Assembly (NCBI GenBank): GCA_963741965.1
Contig: CAVUKC010000001.1
Coordinates: 179,008-243,007, forward strand
Direction of reading: 5' to 3'
Source of the DNA: an uncultured Chloroflexia bacterium
GTDB lineage: Bacteria > Chloroflexota > Chloroflexia > Thermomicrobiales > UBA6265
Length of the DNA stretch: 64,000 bases
The position numbers and the translations under genes are program-made. This document shows positions 30,004 to 39,301 of the stretch, piece after piece. The notes below the pieces were generated by a model. The model was not told the DNA's origin and ran no database searches. It saw nothing but the letters and a program-made list of their open reading frames with translations. Every line of letters begins with the position of its first letter. The stretch's first letter is position 1.

Positions 30004-30861
30004 GTGGCTACCAGCACCCAGCACGAGTACGACGACACCGGCAAGGTCGTGTTCAATGACTACTACAACCAGCCCGACCCCAGGGCGTACTTCACCGCCC
30101 TGCGGGAGCTGGACTACCGCATTGCCGGTGAGACCCAGCCGGTCATTCGGAATGTGCTGGACGTCCTCCGACCGTGCCGGGACCTCGAGTCCGTCAAGGT
30201 CGTCGACCTCGGCGCCTCCTACGGCGTCAACGCGGCCCTGCTGAAGTGCGATCTCTCGCTGGGCGATCTCTACGACCACTACAGCGATCCAGGCATCGCC
30301 GACGTCTCCCGCGACGAGCTCCTGGAGTGGGACCGTCGCTACTACGCCGAGCACGAGCGCGATGCCGGCCTGGAGACCGTGGGCATCGATCCCGCCAGCA
30401 ACGCGGTCGACTACGGCGTCGAGGTCGAGCTGCTCGATCACGGCATCACGACCAATCTCGAGGAGACGGCGCCAGTGCGTGACGACGTCGCCGCCCTCCG
30501 GGGGGCTGACCTGGTGATGTCGACCGGCTGTATCGGGTACGTGACCGAGACGAGCATCCAGCACCTGCTGGATACCACCGCGGACAACCGGCCCTGGATG
30601 ACGCACTCCGTGCTGCGCATGTTCTCGTTCGCGCCCTACGAGGAGCTGCTGGGCGAGCGCGGGTATGTGACCGAGCGCATGGACGGCACGCTGCTGCAGC
30701 GGCGGTTCGCCAACGAAGAGGAACAGGCTCACGTCATCGAGAACCTGCAGGAAATGGGGATCGACCCTGCCGGCAAGGAGGACGAGGGGTGGTACCACGC
30801 CAACGTGTACATCTCCCGTCCGGTCGAGGATGCAGGTGTGCCGGTGACGCTTACGGCGTGA
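30004..30861 (+). CDS. Putative class I SAM-dependent methyltransferase-like protein
   Basis: VVDLGASYG (motif I-like), VGIDPASNAV, and N-terminal YYNQPDPRAYF reminiscent of NNMT/PNMT-type proteins. GTG start after gagggag; an alternative ATG lies at 29971. Confidence 0.45.
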   Translation: MATSTQHEYDDTGKVVFNDYYNQPDPRAYFTALRELDYRIAGETQPVIRNVLDVLRPCRDLESVKVVDLGASYGVNAALLKCDLSLGDLYDHYSDPGIADVSRDELLEWDRRYYAEHERDAGLETVGIDPASNAVDYGVEVELLDHGITTNLEETAPVRDDVAALRGADLVMSTGCIGYVTETSIQHLLDTTADNRPWMTHSVLRMFSFAPYEELLGERGYVTERMDGTLLQRRFANEEEQAHVIENLQEMGIDPAGKEDEGWYHANVYISRPVEDAGVPVTLTA

Positions 30862-31056
30862 TCCGATACTCGCTGCCCGCGCGGCGGTGAGCGGCGACGG
30901 TCATCATGCAGGAGCCATGACGCGCCCTGCGTGATGACCGTTATGGTAAGATGTCGGCGGAATCCCAATCAATCGGTCTTGCCTCGGTCGACGAGGCGAC
31001 CTGCCATATCCCGCATCGCGGATCGGTCATCCCGTCCCCCTCCAAAGGAGGCGTCC

Positions 31057-31503
31057 ATGCCCACTCCGACCGTGATTTCCGCCTGTCGTGTGATGCCTGC
31101 GCTCACGTCGTTGCGGTCCCTGATTGTCCGATGGATGGCCGTCGCCATCACCGTTGCTTCCATTGCCGGGGCCATCGGGCCACAGGCGGCGCGCGCCGCG
31201 CCGGTGAGCGAGGTCGAATGCGGCATCCTCCTGCCCGGTATCCTGCCCGACGGTCAGGTCATCTCGACCACCGGCAAGCTGGTCATCACGCCGTCCGGCA
31301 CGGCGACGCTGACATGTCGCGGCACGCTTGATCCGTCGCTTGCGCCCGATCGGACCGTGCTCATCACCAACGTGCCATGCGCGCTCGGTGAGGGCGGGAC
31401 GGTCGGCGAGTCGCACACCCAGGTGACACCGAGCGGCGAGGTGCTGCTGGTCTGCCACAACAACCCGGGAACCGAGCCGCTGCCGCCACCGGACGGTGAC
31501 TGA
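31057..31503 (+). CDS. Secreted hypothetical protein (148 aa, 6 Cys)
   Basis: aaggagg RBS. N-terminal signal-like segment ending AARAAP. No recognisable domain. Confidence 0.5.
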   Translation: MPTPTVISACRVMPALTSLRSLIVRWMAVAITVASIAGAIGPQAARAAPVSEVECGILLPGILPDGQVISTTGKLVITPSGTATLTCRGTLDPSLAPDRTVLITNVPCALGEGGTVGESHTQVTPSGEVLLVCHNNPGTEPLPPPDGD

Positions 31504-31544
31504 CGAAATGGCAGCGACGTCAGTCCATCGCTGCCAGGCCCAGC

Positions 31545-31658
31545 CTGTCATTCCGGCTGGAGCACGCGCAGCGTGCGGAATGGAGAAATCGCGAGATTGG
31601 CTGCAACGACGCGATTTCTCCACTTCGCGCCCAGCCGGGCGCTGCGGTCGAAATGACA
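31545..31658. repeat. Foldback repeat family E, copy 1
   Basis: ctgtcattccgg ... gagaaatcgcg ... cgcgatttctccac ... ggtcgaaatgaca. Related copies at 38108-38172 and 39070-39240. Confidence 0.8.
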
Positions 31659-31680
31659 TCTTGCGTTGGCGGGCGCGGGA

Positions 31681-33507
31681 TCAGTCCTGCAGCTCGGTCC
31701 ACCACCACGGCATGCTCCACAGCAGGCTGTACCCACTCGGCAGGAAGTTGTGTAGCGTGCGGCGCGAGCCGACGATCGACTTCCGGAACAGCAGCACGCC
31801 CGCGGCGACCTCGTCGTTGACGATGTTCGACTGCTCGATGAGGAGCTCGATGCGCTTCGCGACGTTGAGCTCCCGCTTCTGCTGCTCGTCAAGCTCGTCG
31901 TAGCGCTCGTTGCAGTAGTGCATCGCGTTGAACCCGGCGAGCGGCACGGCGTCGCAGCGGAACATGTCACCCTGCTCGCCGTCGACGGTCCATGAGAACC
32001 CGTAGATGCGAGCCTCGTAGTCGCCGGTGTCGCTCGCATCGGCGAGCGTCTGCAACGGCACCTCGCGCGGCGTCATTTCCAGCCCGACCTCCCGCCACGC
32101 CTGCTGCATGTACGGGATTTGCTGCTCGTAGCTCGGGACGCCAGACGGGTACATGCACTCGAAGCTGAACCGCGTGCCGTCCCGCTCCCGCACGTCGCCA
32201 TCGCCGGCAAGCCAGCCGGCGTCGTCGAGCAACTGGCGGGCGTGGTCCGGGTCATGGTCATAGATGGTGGTGACGCGGTCCGGGGCGTAGGCGATCGAGA
32301 GCGGCGGCTGGGTGCCGTCCGCCTTCATGGCGTACCCGAGGAAGATCTCCTCGGCCATCAGCTGCCGGTCGAGGGCGTACATCATCGCCTGCCGCACGCG
32401 CACGTCGAGGAAGAGCTCGGTCCGGTCCGGGTCCTGGTTCATGTCGCAGAGGTTGAAGTCGACGGTGTCGAACGCGTGGATCTCGAGGTCCGGGCTCTCC
32501 CCGAGCGATCCGGCCTCGGCGAACGGCACGGTCGCGATGTCGACCTCGCCGGTGCTGAGTGCCGCGGTCGCGGAGGACGCCTCCGGCACGACGCGGTAGA
32601 CGAACTCGTCGATCACCGGCGTTCCAGCCGGGTCCCAGTAGTCGTCGTTCCGCGCGAGCCGGACGTGGTCGCTCTGCAGCCACTCGACGAAGCGGAACGG
32701 ACCCGAGCCGATCACCCGGCTGGCATCGGCGCCGGTCGCGCCGGGATCGGATCCCCACTCGCCCGGCGGGATGTCCCCCCAGATGTGCCTCGGCACGATC
32801 GCGACGAGCACGGCGGTGTTCTCGATGAAGACGGCGAGGCGGTCGCGGGCGATCAGCTCGACGGTGTGGTCGTCGACGGCGCGGTAGCTCGCCAGCGCGA
32901 GATCGACGCTCGAGGCGACGACGCTGAGGCTGCCTGGATCGAGGGTGGCGTCGAAGGAGAAGACGACATCGTCGGCGGTGACCGGTTCGCCGTCGTGCCA
33001 GCGTGCGTTCGGGTTCAGGTGGAAGGTGTAGGTGACGCCATCCTCGGCCAGCTCCCAGTAGTCCGCGAGACCGGGAGCCGGGACGCCGTTCACGGGATTG
33101 GTGCTGGCGAGGTACTCGAAGACGAAGCCGGCGACGTACCCGGTGTAGGCATCGACATAGAGCTGCGGGTTGAGCGTGTCGATGTCGCTCGTCTCGCCGT
33201 AGATCACCTGGCCGCCGGTGACCTCGGGGGTACCGAGATCGTAGGTGTCGCGTATCAGCTGGTTGAGCTCCTCGCGGTTGATCGAGCGCCCGCCCGGCTC
33301 GGCGGCGCCGGTGCGGGATGCCCCGGTGGCCGGTGTCGCGGTCTGGGCGCCGGCTTGCCAGGCAAGGCGCTCGGCGGCCCCGAGCGAGATACCGGCGGCC
33401 GTGGCGAGGCGAATGAGCTCCCGGCGGGATATCGCGCCGCAACGGAGCTGCTCCGCGAGCGCGGTCCATTCAGGTGCAGGCATGGTGACCTCCAGCTGCG
33501 CTGCCAA
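31681..33507 (-). CDS. ABC transporter substrate-binding protein, family 5 (peptide/nickel type), Tat signal
   Basis: SRRELIRLATAAGISLGA twin-arginine leader and a 600-aa SBP_bac_5-like body. No permease or ATPase genes are adjacent. Confidence 0.8.
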   Translation of the reverse strand: MAAQLEVTMPAPEWTALAEQLRCGAISRRELIRLATAAGISLGAAERLAWQAGAQTATPATGASRTGAAEPGGRSINREELNQLIRDTYDLGTPEVTGGQVIYGETSDIDTLNPQLYVDAYTGYVAGFVFEYLASTNPVNGVPAPGLADYWELAEDGVTYTFHLNPNARWHDGEPVTADDVVFSFDATLDPGSLSVVASSVDLALASYRAVDDHTVELIARDRLAVFIENTAVLVAIVPRHIWGDIPPGEWGSDPGATGADASRVIGSGPFRFVEWLQSDHVRLARNDDYWDPAGTPVIDEFVYRVVPEASSATAALSTGEVDIATVPFAEAGSLGESPDLEIHAFDTVDFNLCDMNQDPDRTELFLDVRVRQAMMYALDRQLMAEEIFLGYAMKADGTQPPLSIAYAPDRVTTIYDHDPDHARQLLDDAGWLAGDGDVRERDGTRFSFECMYPSGVPSYEQQIPYMQQAWREVGLEMTPREVPLQTLADASDTGDYEARIYGFSWTVDGEQGDMFRCDAVPLAGFNAMHYCNERYDELDEQQKRELNVAKRIELLIEQSNIVNDEVAAGVLLFRKSIVGSRRTLHNFLPSGYSLLWSMPWWWTELQD

Positions 33508-33649
33508 GGGATGGATGCACGGTCCCGGGTGCGACTGATGTCGCTGTCATGCAGATGGTCGACATGGGTCCCAGAGGTCAGCATACACCCGAGGTCGTGC
33601 GTGCCCGCAATGCGCGCACCGAGGAGATCACGTGGAGGCGTGCCGACAC

Positions 33650-35204
33650 CTATGCGGTGCGGAGATCCCCGACGGCCTTGGCGCGGATGCGGGTGGCGTT
33701 GCCGGGCAGGTAGGCGAGGGGGATATCCTCGACGTCGACGATCTCGACCGTCTCCGGGTCGGCGCCGGCGGTGATAGCCCGCTCGGTCGCCTCGGCCTTC
33801 GCCTGCGCCACCGCCTCGTCGCGCGTCATCTCCGCCATCGAGAAGACGCGGTCGACCTCGCCGCTGATCTGCGCGATCGCCGCGCCGACGGCGTTGGCAG
33901 CCGCGTAGTGGTCCGGCTTGACCAGCTCACCGACGCCATCCACTTCGGTCACGAGGATCGAGCCACCGCCGACGACGATCAGGTCGACATCGCCGGCCTG
34001 CGTCTTCATGCGGTCGACCCCGGCCGAGATCATCTCCCGGATGCGCGTCGCGGCGGCGTCGACGGTCTCCGGGTCGAAGCGCGACACGCGGCACTGCTCG
34101 CCGATGTCGGCCCAGCCGGCGGCTCACGGCAATGTCCGTCGCGGTGAGCGTGTCCCCGCCGAACACCCATGCCTCCCGCGTGATCCGGTGCCCGACGCTT
34201 TGCGGCCCGACGAGCACGGCGTCGTCATCGTCGACCGTCACGATCGAGCCGCCGCCGAGGCCGAAGGAGTAGACATCCGGCATGCGGAAGTTGGTGCGCA
34301 CGCCGCCGATGTCCACCGCCAGCGAGGAGCGGCGGGGGAAGCCGTCGACGAGCACGCCGAGGTCGCTGGTGGTGCCGCCGACGTCGAGCACGAGCGCGTT
34401 CTGACGACCGGAGAGGAAGGCGGCGCCGCGCACGGAGTTGGACGGACCAGAGGCGAAGGTGAGCACCGGGAAGTGCTCGGCGAAGTCCGCGGTCATGAGC
34501 GTGCCGTCGTTCTGCGTCAGGTAGAGCGGGGCCTCGATACCCATGCCGGCGATCGCGTCCCTGAACGCGGCGACGGTCTTTCGGGCGAGCGGGCGCAGCG
34601 CGGCGTTGAGGATGGCGGCGTTCTCCCGCTCCAGCAGGCCGAGCTGACCGACCTCGTGCGAGCGGGTGATCGACGCGCCAGGCAGCAGGTCGGCAAGAAT
34701 GTTCGCGGCGCGGTCCTCCATCGCCGGATTCACCGGCGCGAAGGCCGCAGAGATGGCGACGTCGGCGATGCCCGCCGCCCGGATCGCCTCGGCGACGTTC
34801 TTCAATTCCTCCGGAACGAGGGGATGGATCTCGCGGCCGTCGAACTCGTTGCCGCCGTGGACCATGAACGTGTGGTTGCCGACGGCGTCGCGGATGTCGG
34901 CGGGCCAATCCATCATCGGCGGGATCGACTCCGACGCGGGCAGCGCGAGACGGACGATCGCCGTCTGTGCGAGGTGGCGGCGCTCGATCACGGCGTTGGT
35001 GAAGTGCGTGGTGCCGATCATCACGCCGGCGATGTCGGCAGGCGTGACGCCGCCGGTCTCGAGGATGGTCGAGACGGCGGTGACGATGCCAGTGGTGACA
35101 TCGTCGGTCGTCGGGGTCTTGCAGGTGGCGTGCACGGTGCGCCCGTGCATGAGGGCGGCGTCCGTGTTGGTCCCGCCGACGTCGATTCCGATCCGCATCG
35201 TCAC
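33650..35204 (-). pseudogene. Hydantoinase/oxoprolinase (HyuA-type) family protein, +1 frameshift near 34121-34124
   Basis: MRIGIDVGGTNTD and LDVGGTTSD ATPase motifs run up to TATDIAV. The next frame continues AGWADIGEQCRVSRFDPETV...VVGGGS. The span is 1555 nt (1 mod 3). Confidence 0.8.
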
Positions 35205-35312
35205 GCTGGTCGCTCCAGGGGTGGTGGCCGTCGTTCACTGGTGATGATTATGGGGCGGAGAGCGGGGAGGTCAACCGAGCAGAGAGTGGTTGCACGACTC
35301 TATCATCCCCAA

Positions 35313-35511
35313 CCTGTCATCCCGAGCCGGTGAGGGCCGCAGGCCCGAGACGTGTCGAGGGATCTCCCGCTCCGCAGGAGCGGTCCCGTCTTCTCCGGCG
35401 CTCAATCAAGCGGAGGTCACCTCTATCGGCGCCAGAGCAAGGACCGGCTTCGCCGGGAGATCCCTCGACACGCCATCGGCGCTTCAGCGCCTCGTCGGCT
35501 CGGGATGACAG
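35313..35511. repeat. MITE-like foldback repeat family D, copy 2
   Basis: cctgtcatcccgagccgg ... cggctcgggatgacag, with internal gtgtcgagggatctcc / ggagatccctcgacac. Confidence 0.8.
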
Positions 35512-35526
35512 CAGTTCGGCCGGCCT

Positions 35527-36342
35527 TCAGCACGGATCAAGGTCGGCATTCAGGAGCGGAACCATCGTCTCGATGAAGCGAACGGTCTCCGCGAAGGTGT
35601 CGACCGGGCCGTTGGCGTCTGGTGAGACGCGCCGCTCGAGCGCCATCTCGATCAGCGACGTCCACTCCGGGTAGCGAGACTGTACCCAGCGCGCGGCCCT
35701 GACCTTCGAAACGAGATCCCCGGTGTAGTGGGTGTAGAGCGCGCGGCAGAGGGTGAGGATCGCGTACGACTCCCCGCGCTGGTCGCCGACGGTGTGGATG
35801 CGAGTGAGCCAGTCCCGCCCGAGCTCCCGCGCGGCGTCGATGAAGACTACCTTCGGGATCGGCGCGATCAGCGTTTCCGGCGGCGGACCGAAGAGCGTGA
35901 CGCCGTGGTCGAGCACGAAGAACCAGTTGATGCGCCAGTCGTCGCCGGCGTCGATGAGGTGGATCGGCTCGCCGGGGCTGATGATGCCCATCGGGCTGCG
36001 CTCGGTGCGCCACGTCCGCAGGCCGTGCGTCGACTGATAGGCGACCTCGATGCGGTCGACCCATTCCGGGTGACGCGCGACGATCTGCCGGTGCATCTCG
36101 CGCAGCCGGTCGATGTCGTCCTCAGTCATGAACCGGCTGGTGACGGCGACGAGGTCGATGTCGCTCACACCGGGCGTGAAGTCTCCGTAGACCAGCGAGC
36201 CGAAGAGGTAGAGCCCGGCGAAGTCGGCGCCGAGCGTGGCGGCGATGCCCTCGCGCAGCTCGCCGAGCAGGGCAGCGACGTCTGAAGGTGGCTCGAAGAC
36301 ACGCGCGTCGATCGACACCGGCCGGTCATCCTGCTCTTGCAT
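35527..36342 (-). CDS. Aminoglycoside/streptomycin adenylyltransferase-like nucleotidyltransferase (ANT(3'')/DUF4111 type)
   Basis: LYLFGSLVYGDFTPGVSDIDLVAV NTase motif plus a C-terminal helical domain. Resistance function is not shown. Confidence 0.65.
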   Translation of the reverse strand: MQEQDDRPVSIDARVFEPPSDVAALLGELREGIAATLGADFAGLYLFGSLVYGDFTPGVSDIDLVAVTSRFMTEDDIDRLREMHRQIVARHPEWVDRIEVAYQSTHGLRTWRTERSPMGIISPGEPIHLIDAGDDWRINWFFVLDHGVTLFGPPPETLIAPIPKVVFIDAARELGRDWLTRIHTVGDQRGESYAILTLCRALYTHYTGDLVSKVRAARWVQSRYPEWTSLIEMALERRVSPDANGPVDTFAETVRFIETMVPLLNADLDPC

Positions 36343-36610
36343 GCATGTTTGCTGATGCCTGAAGATACCGAAGCTGATCCTGCTTATCGAAGAGTGCATG
36401 CAGGCGGGAGCGTGATTCGGACTCGGACAGATCGCCGCGGGTGAATTCGGCCATCACCAGTTCTGCGGTGTCGAAGATGTCCTGCTCCTCGTCCGCAAGC
36501 ACGCGTTCGAGCTGATCGGCATGCTCGGACAGGAAGTTCCAAAGCTGACTGGCGGTGATGATGCCTGCGTCGAAGCGATTCAGATGTGAGAAGAGGTCTC
36601 GGGCATCCAT
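36326..36610 (-). CDS. Hypothetical protein (94 aa), low GC
   Basis: GGAG RBS 7 nt upstream of the ATG. The 3' end overlaps the ANT-like gene start by 17 nt. No recognisable domain. Confidence 0.4.
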   Translation of the reverse strand: MDARDLFSHLNRFDAGIITASQLWNFLSEHADQLERVLADEEQDIFDTAELVMAEFTRGDLSESESRSRLHALFDKQDQLRYLQASANMHARAG

Positions 36611-36623
36611 TGCACATCTCCGT

Positions 36624-36923
36624 ATGGAACGCGTGACTACCGAGGAGATTCGCGATCTCTTCGAGCGACGAGACTATCTCCGGCGCTGGCGGAACGGCGA
36701 GTTCCTCTCCTGTCTCAAGAAGGAGGTCGCCGCCGGGCCGCACCAGCCCCCGGGAACACGAAGTCTCATGGTGGGATTCGTCAACCGGGACGGCGTCCGC
36801 GAGTGCCTCGTGCATTTCTATTATCTCCCTGACGGCAATATCGGCGCGAGCGGCAGGCCGGATCCGAAGGAGATCGTCGACAATCAGGCAATCTATCGCC
36901 TGTTCTTGAAGCACCATGATTGA
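36624..36923 (+). CDS. Hypothetical protein (99 aa) with PPGTRS...H.YYLPDG..GASGRPDPK motif
   Basis: ATG lies 13 nt from the divergent 94-aa gene start. No obvious RBS. The motif looks conserved, but I cannot name the family. Confidence 0.4.
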   Translation: MERVTTEEIRDLFERRDYLRRWRNGEFLSCLKKEVAAGPHQPPGTRSLMVGFVNRDGVRECLVHFYYLPDGNIGASGRPDPKEIVDNQAIYRLFLKHHD

Positions 36924-36941
36924 TCGTGACGCGCCGACCAG

Positions 36942-38093
36942 TTGCATGCCGCATTGTGCAAGGATGAACGCTACGTGTCCTGGATTGTAACGCCTGACCA
37001 CCTTGACGCTCTTGAGATCGGTGCCGGCATCCTCGGCACCGGCGGGGGCGGGAACCCGTATCTCGGCAAGCTCATCGCCCGCAAGTTCGTCGAGGAGGGC
37101 GCTCGGATCGAGATCGTCGACCCCGCCGAGGTACCGGATGACGCCGTGGTGGCATCTGTCGGCGGCATGGGCTCGCCGACGGTCAGCATCGAGCGGCTGC
37201 GGCGGGCGGACGAGTCGGTGAAGGCGCTGCGGGCGCTTGAGGCCCACACCGGCAGGAGGGTGACGCACCTGGTGCCGAGCGAGATCGGTGGCAGCAACTC
37301 GACCACGCCGATGGTCGTCGCCGCGCAGGTCGGGCTGCCGGTGATCGACGGCGACGGCATGGGGCGAGCGTTCCCCGAGCTGCAGATGGAGACCTTCGCG
37401 ATGTACGGCGTCACGCCGACGCCGGCCGCGCTCTGCAACCACCACGGGCACATCGCCATCTTCGACCGCATCGACGACGCGACCACGCTGGAGCGGTACG
37501 CCCGCGCGGTGACGATCCAGATGGGCGGCTCGGCGGGCTACGCCTTCCCGGTGATGACCGGCACGCAGCTGAGGGAGACGGTGATCCCTGGCACGCTCTC
37601 GCTGGCGATCCGGCTCGGCGAGGCGGTGATGGCAGCGCGGCGAGAGAAGTCGGACCCAATCGCGGCGGTCTGTGCGGTCACCGGCTGGCAGCGGCTGTTC
37701 GCGGGCAAGGTGCTGGACGTCGAGCGGCGCATGACCGGCGGCTTCGCGCGCGGCGTCGTGGTGCTGGATGGGTTCGGCGACTTCGCCGGGCGGACGCTGC
37801 GGGTCGACTTCCAGAACGAGAACCTGATCGCGCGGGAGGATGGTGGCGCGGTGCTGGCGGTGGTGCCGGACCTGATCTGCCTGATCGACAGCGATACCGG
37901 CGCGCCGCTGACGACGGAGGTGTTGCGCTACGGGCTGCGGGCGACGGCGATCGGCATCCCTGCGCCGGAGCAGCTGCGAACCGAGGTCGGGCTGCGCTTC
38001 GTCGGGCCGGCGGCGTTCGGGTACGACGATGTGGAGTACCGCCCTCTGCCGGGCACCTACGCGAGCCGCACAGGGACGGCTAGTTTGCCGTAG
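36942..38093 (+). CDS. DUF917-family protein (hydantoinase-associated)
   Basis: IGAGILGTGGGGNPYLG, SEIGGSNS and IDGDGMGRAFPELQM motifs typical of DUF917. The start may be the GTG at 36975. Confidence 0.75.
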   Translation: MHAALCKDERYVSWIVTPDHLDALEIGAGILGTGGGGNPYLGKLIARKFVEEGARIEIVDPAEVPDDAVVASVGGMGSPTVSIERLRRADESVKALRALEAHTGRRVTHLVPSEIGGSNSTTPMVVAAQVGLPVIDGDGMGRAFPELQMETFAMYGVTPTPAALCNHHGHIAIFDRIDDATTLERYARAVTIQMGGSAGYAFPVMTGTQLRETVIPGTLSLAIRLGEAVMAARREKSDPIAAVCAVTGWQRLFAGKVLDVERRMTGGFARGVVVLDGFGDFAGRTLRVDFQNENLIAREDGGAVLAVVPDLICLIDSDTGAPLTTEVLRYGLRATAIGIPAPEQLRTEVGLRFVGPAAFGYDDVEYRPLPGTYASRTGTASLP

Positions 38094-38107
38094 GCGCCGC
38101 GGACCCG

Positions 38108-38172
38108 ACATGTCATAGCGAACGGTGAGGTTTCTCCGCTGCGCCCCCACGGGCGCTCCGGTCGAAATGACA
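38108..38172. repeat. Foldback repeat family E, partial copy 2
   Basis: catgtcatagcga...tttctccgc...ggtcgaaatgacacc. Confidence 0.6.
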
Positions 38173-38200
38173 CCTGCTCATCTGAGGTCGGACGTGAAAC

Positions 38201-39040
38201 ATGAATGACGACATCGAGGTTCGACGGCTCTCCGCGAGCGAGGTGCATCTCGCGATCGACTGGGCTCGGGAAGAGGGGTGGAACCCGGGGCTGTTCGATG
38301 CGGCCTGCTTCCACGCCGCCGACCCGGACGGGTTCTTCGTTGCGCTTCACGACGGGGAGCCAGCCGCCGTGGTCAGCGTGGTGCGGTATGGCTCGAGCTA
38401 CGCCTTCCTGGGTCTTTACATCTGCCGGCCCGACCTGCGGGGCAGGGGGTACGGCATACGCGTTTGGAACGCGGGGATCGCGTACGCCGGCGGGCGCACG
38501 ATCGGGCTGGACGGCGTGCCGGCGCAGCAGCACAACTACGCAAAGTCCGGCTTCACGCTCGCCTGGAACAACGTGCGCTACCAGGGCCAGGGTGGTGGCC
38601 AGCCGGTCGCGGGGCTCGTGGACCTCGACAGTGTCCCGTTCGAGCAGATCGCTGCCTATGACGGTGCGGTGTTCGAGGCGGACCGGCGGCGCTTCCTTCG
38701 CACCTGGGTCGCCCAGCCGGATGCGGTTCGTCTCGGTGTGGTGCGCGATGGCAGGCTGGCGGGGTGGGGGTTGATGCGTCGCTGTGCCGAGGGACACAAG
38801 ATCGGGCCGTTGTTCGCGGACGACCAGGCGACGGCCGAGCGGCTGCTGGATGGACTCATGGCGTCGGTGCCGGGCGACGTCGTGTATCTGGATGTTCCCG
38901 AGCCGAACGGGCTCGCTGTTGCTGCGGCGAAGGCGAGGGGCATGACGCCCGTGTTCGAGACGGCGCGGATGTATGCCGGCGAACGCCCCGAAATCGATAT
39001 CGCAAGGATTTGGGGGATCACCAGCTTTGAGCTCGGGTAG
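38201..39040 (+). CDS. GNAT-family N-acetyltransferase (two-domain, YitH-like)
   Basis: YICRPDLRGRGYGIRVW is an acetyl-CoA binding motif (R/Q-x-x-G-x-G/A). 279 aa. Confidence 0.75.
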   Translation: MNDDIEVRRLSASEVHLAIDWAREEGWNPGLFDAACFHAADPDGFFVALHDGEPAAVVSVVRYGSSYAFLGLYICRPDLRGRGYGIRVWNAGIAYAGGRTIGLDGVPAQQHNYAKSGFTLAWNNVRYQGQGGGQPVAGLVDLDSVPFEQIAAYDGAVFEADRRRFLRTWVAQPDAVRLGVVRDGRLAGWGLMRRCAEGHKIGPLFADDQATAERLLDGLMASVPGDVVYLDVPEPNGLAVAAAKARGMTPVFETARMYAGERPEIDIARIWGITSFELG

Positions 39041-39069
39041 GTTGTGCCACTCGTTCCTGCGTCCGGTTT

Positions 39070-39240
39070 GACGTCTCATCCCCGCAGGGGAACGGAGTGG
39101 AGAGATCGCGAACCTGACGGCAACGACGCGATTTCTCCACGCCCGCCCGCGGCGCCTGGTCGAAACGACAAGGTTGGGTTGCGCACGGCGACGCGAGCCT
39201 GCCGCTTCTGGGCTATCGCCGCTCCGGTCGAGATGACATC
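39070..39240. repeat. Foldback repeat family E, copy 3 plus an adjacent half copy
   Basis: gtctcatccccgcagg...gagagatcgcg...cgcgatttctccac...ggtcgaaacgaca, then ...ggtcgagatgaca. Confidence 0.7.
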
Positions 39241-39301
39241 CTCGGTTGAGCGTCGCGTGCGACCATAGGTGTTGATCGAACCCTCGAACAGGGAGCATCC
39301 C

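Noticed and set aside
35527-36342. Calling the ANT-like gene an aminoglycoside resistance determinant (aadA).
   Set aside because: Only the generic NTase motif and domain layout are recognisable. Many DUF4111 proteins are not resistance enzymes, so no gene symbol was assigned.
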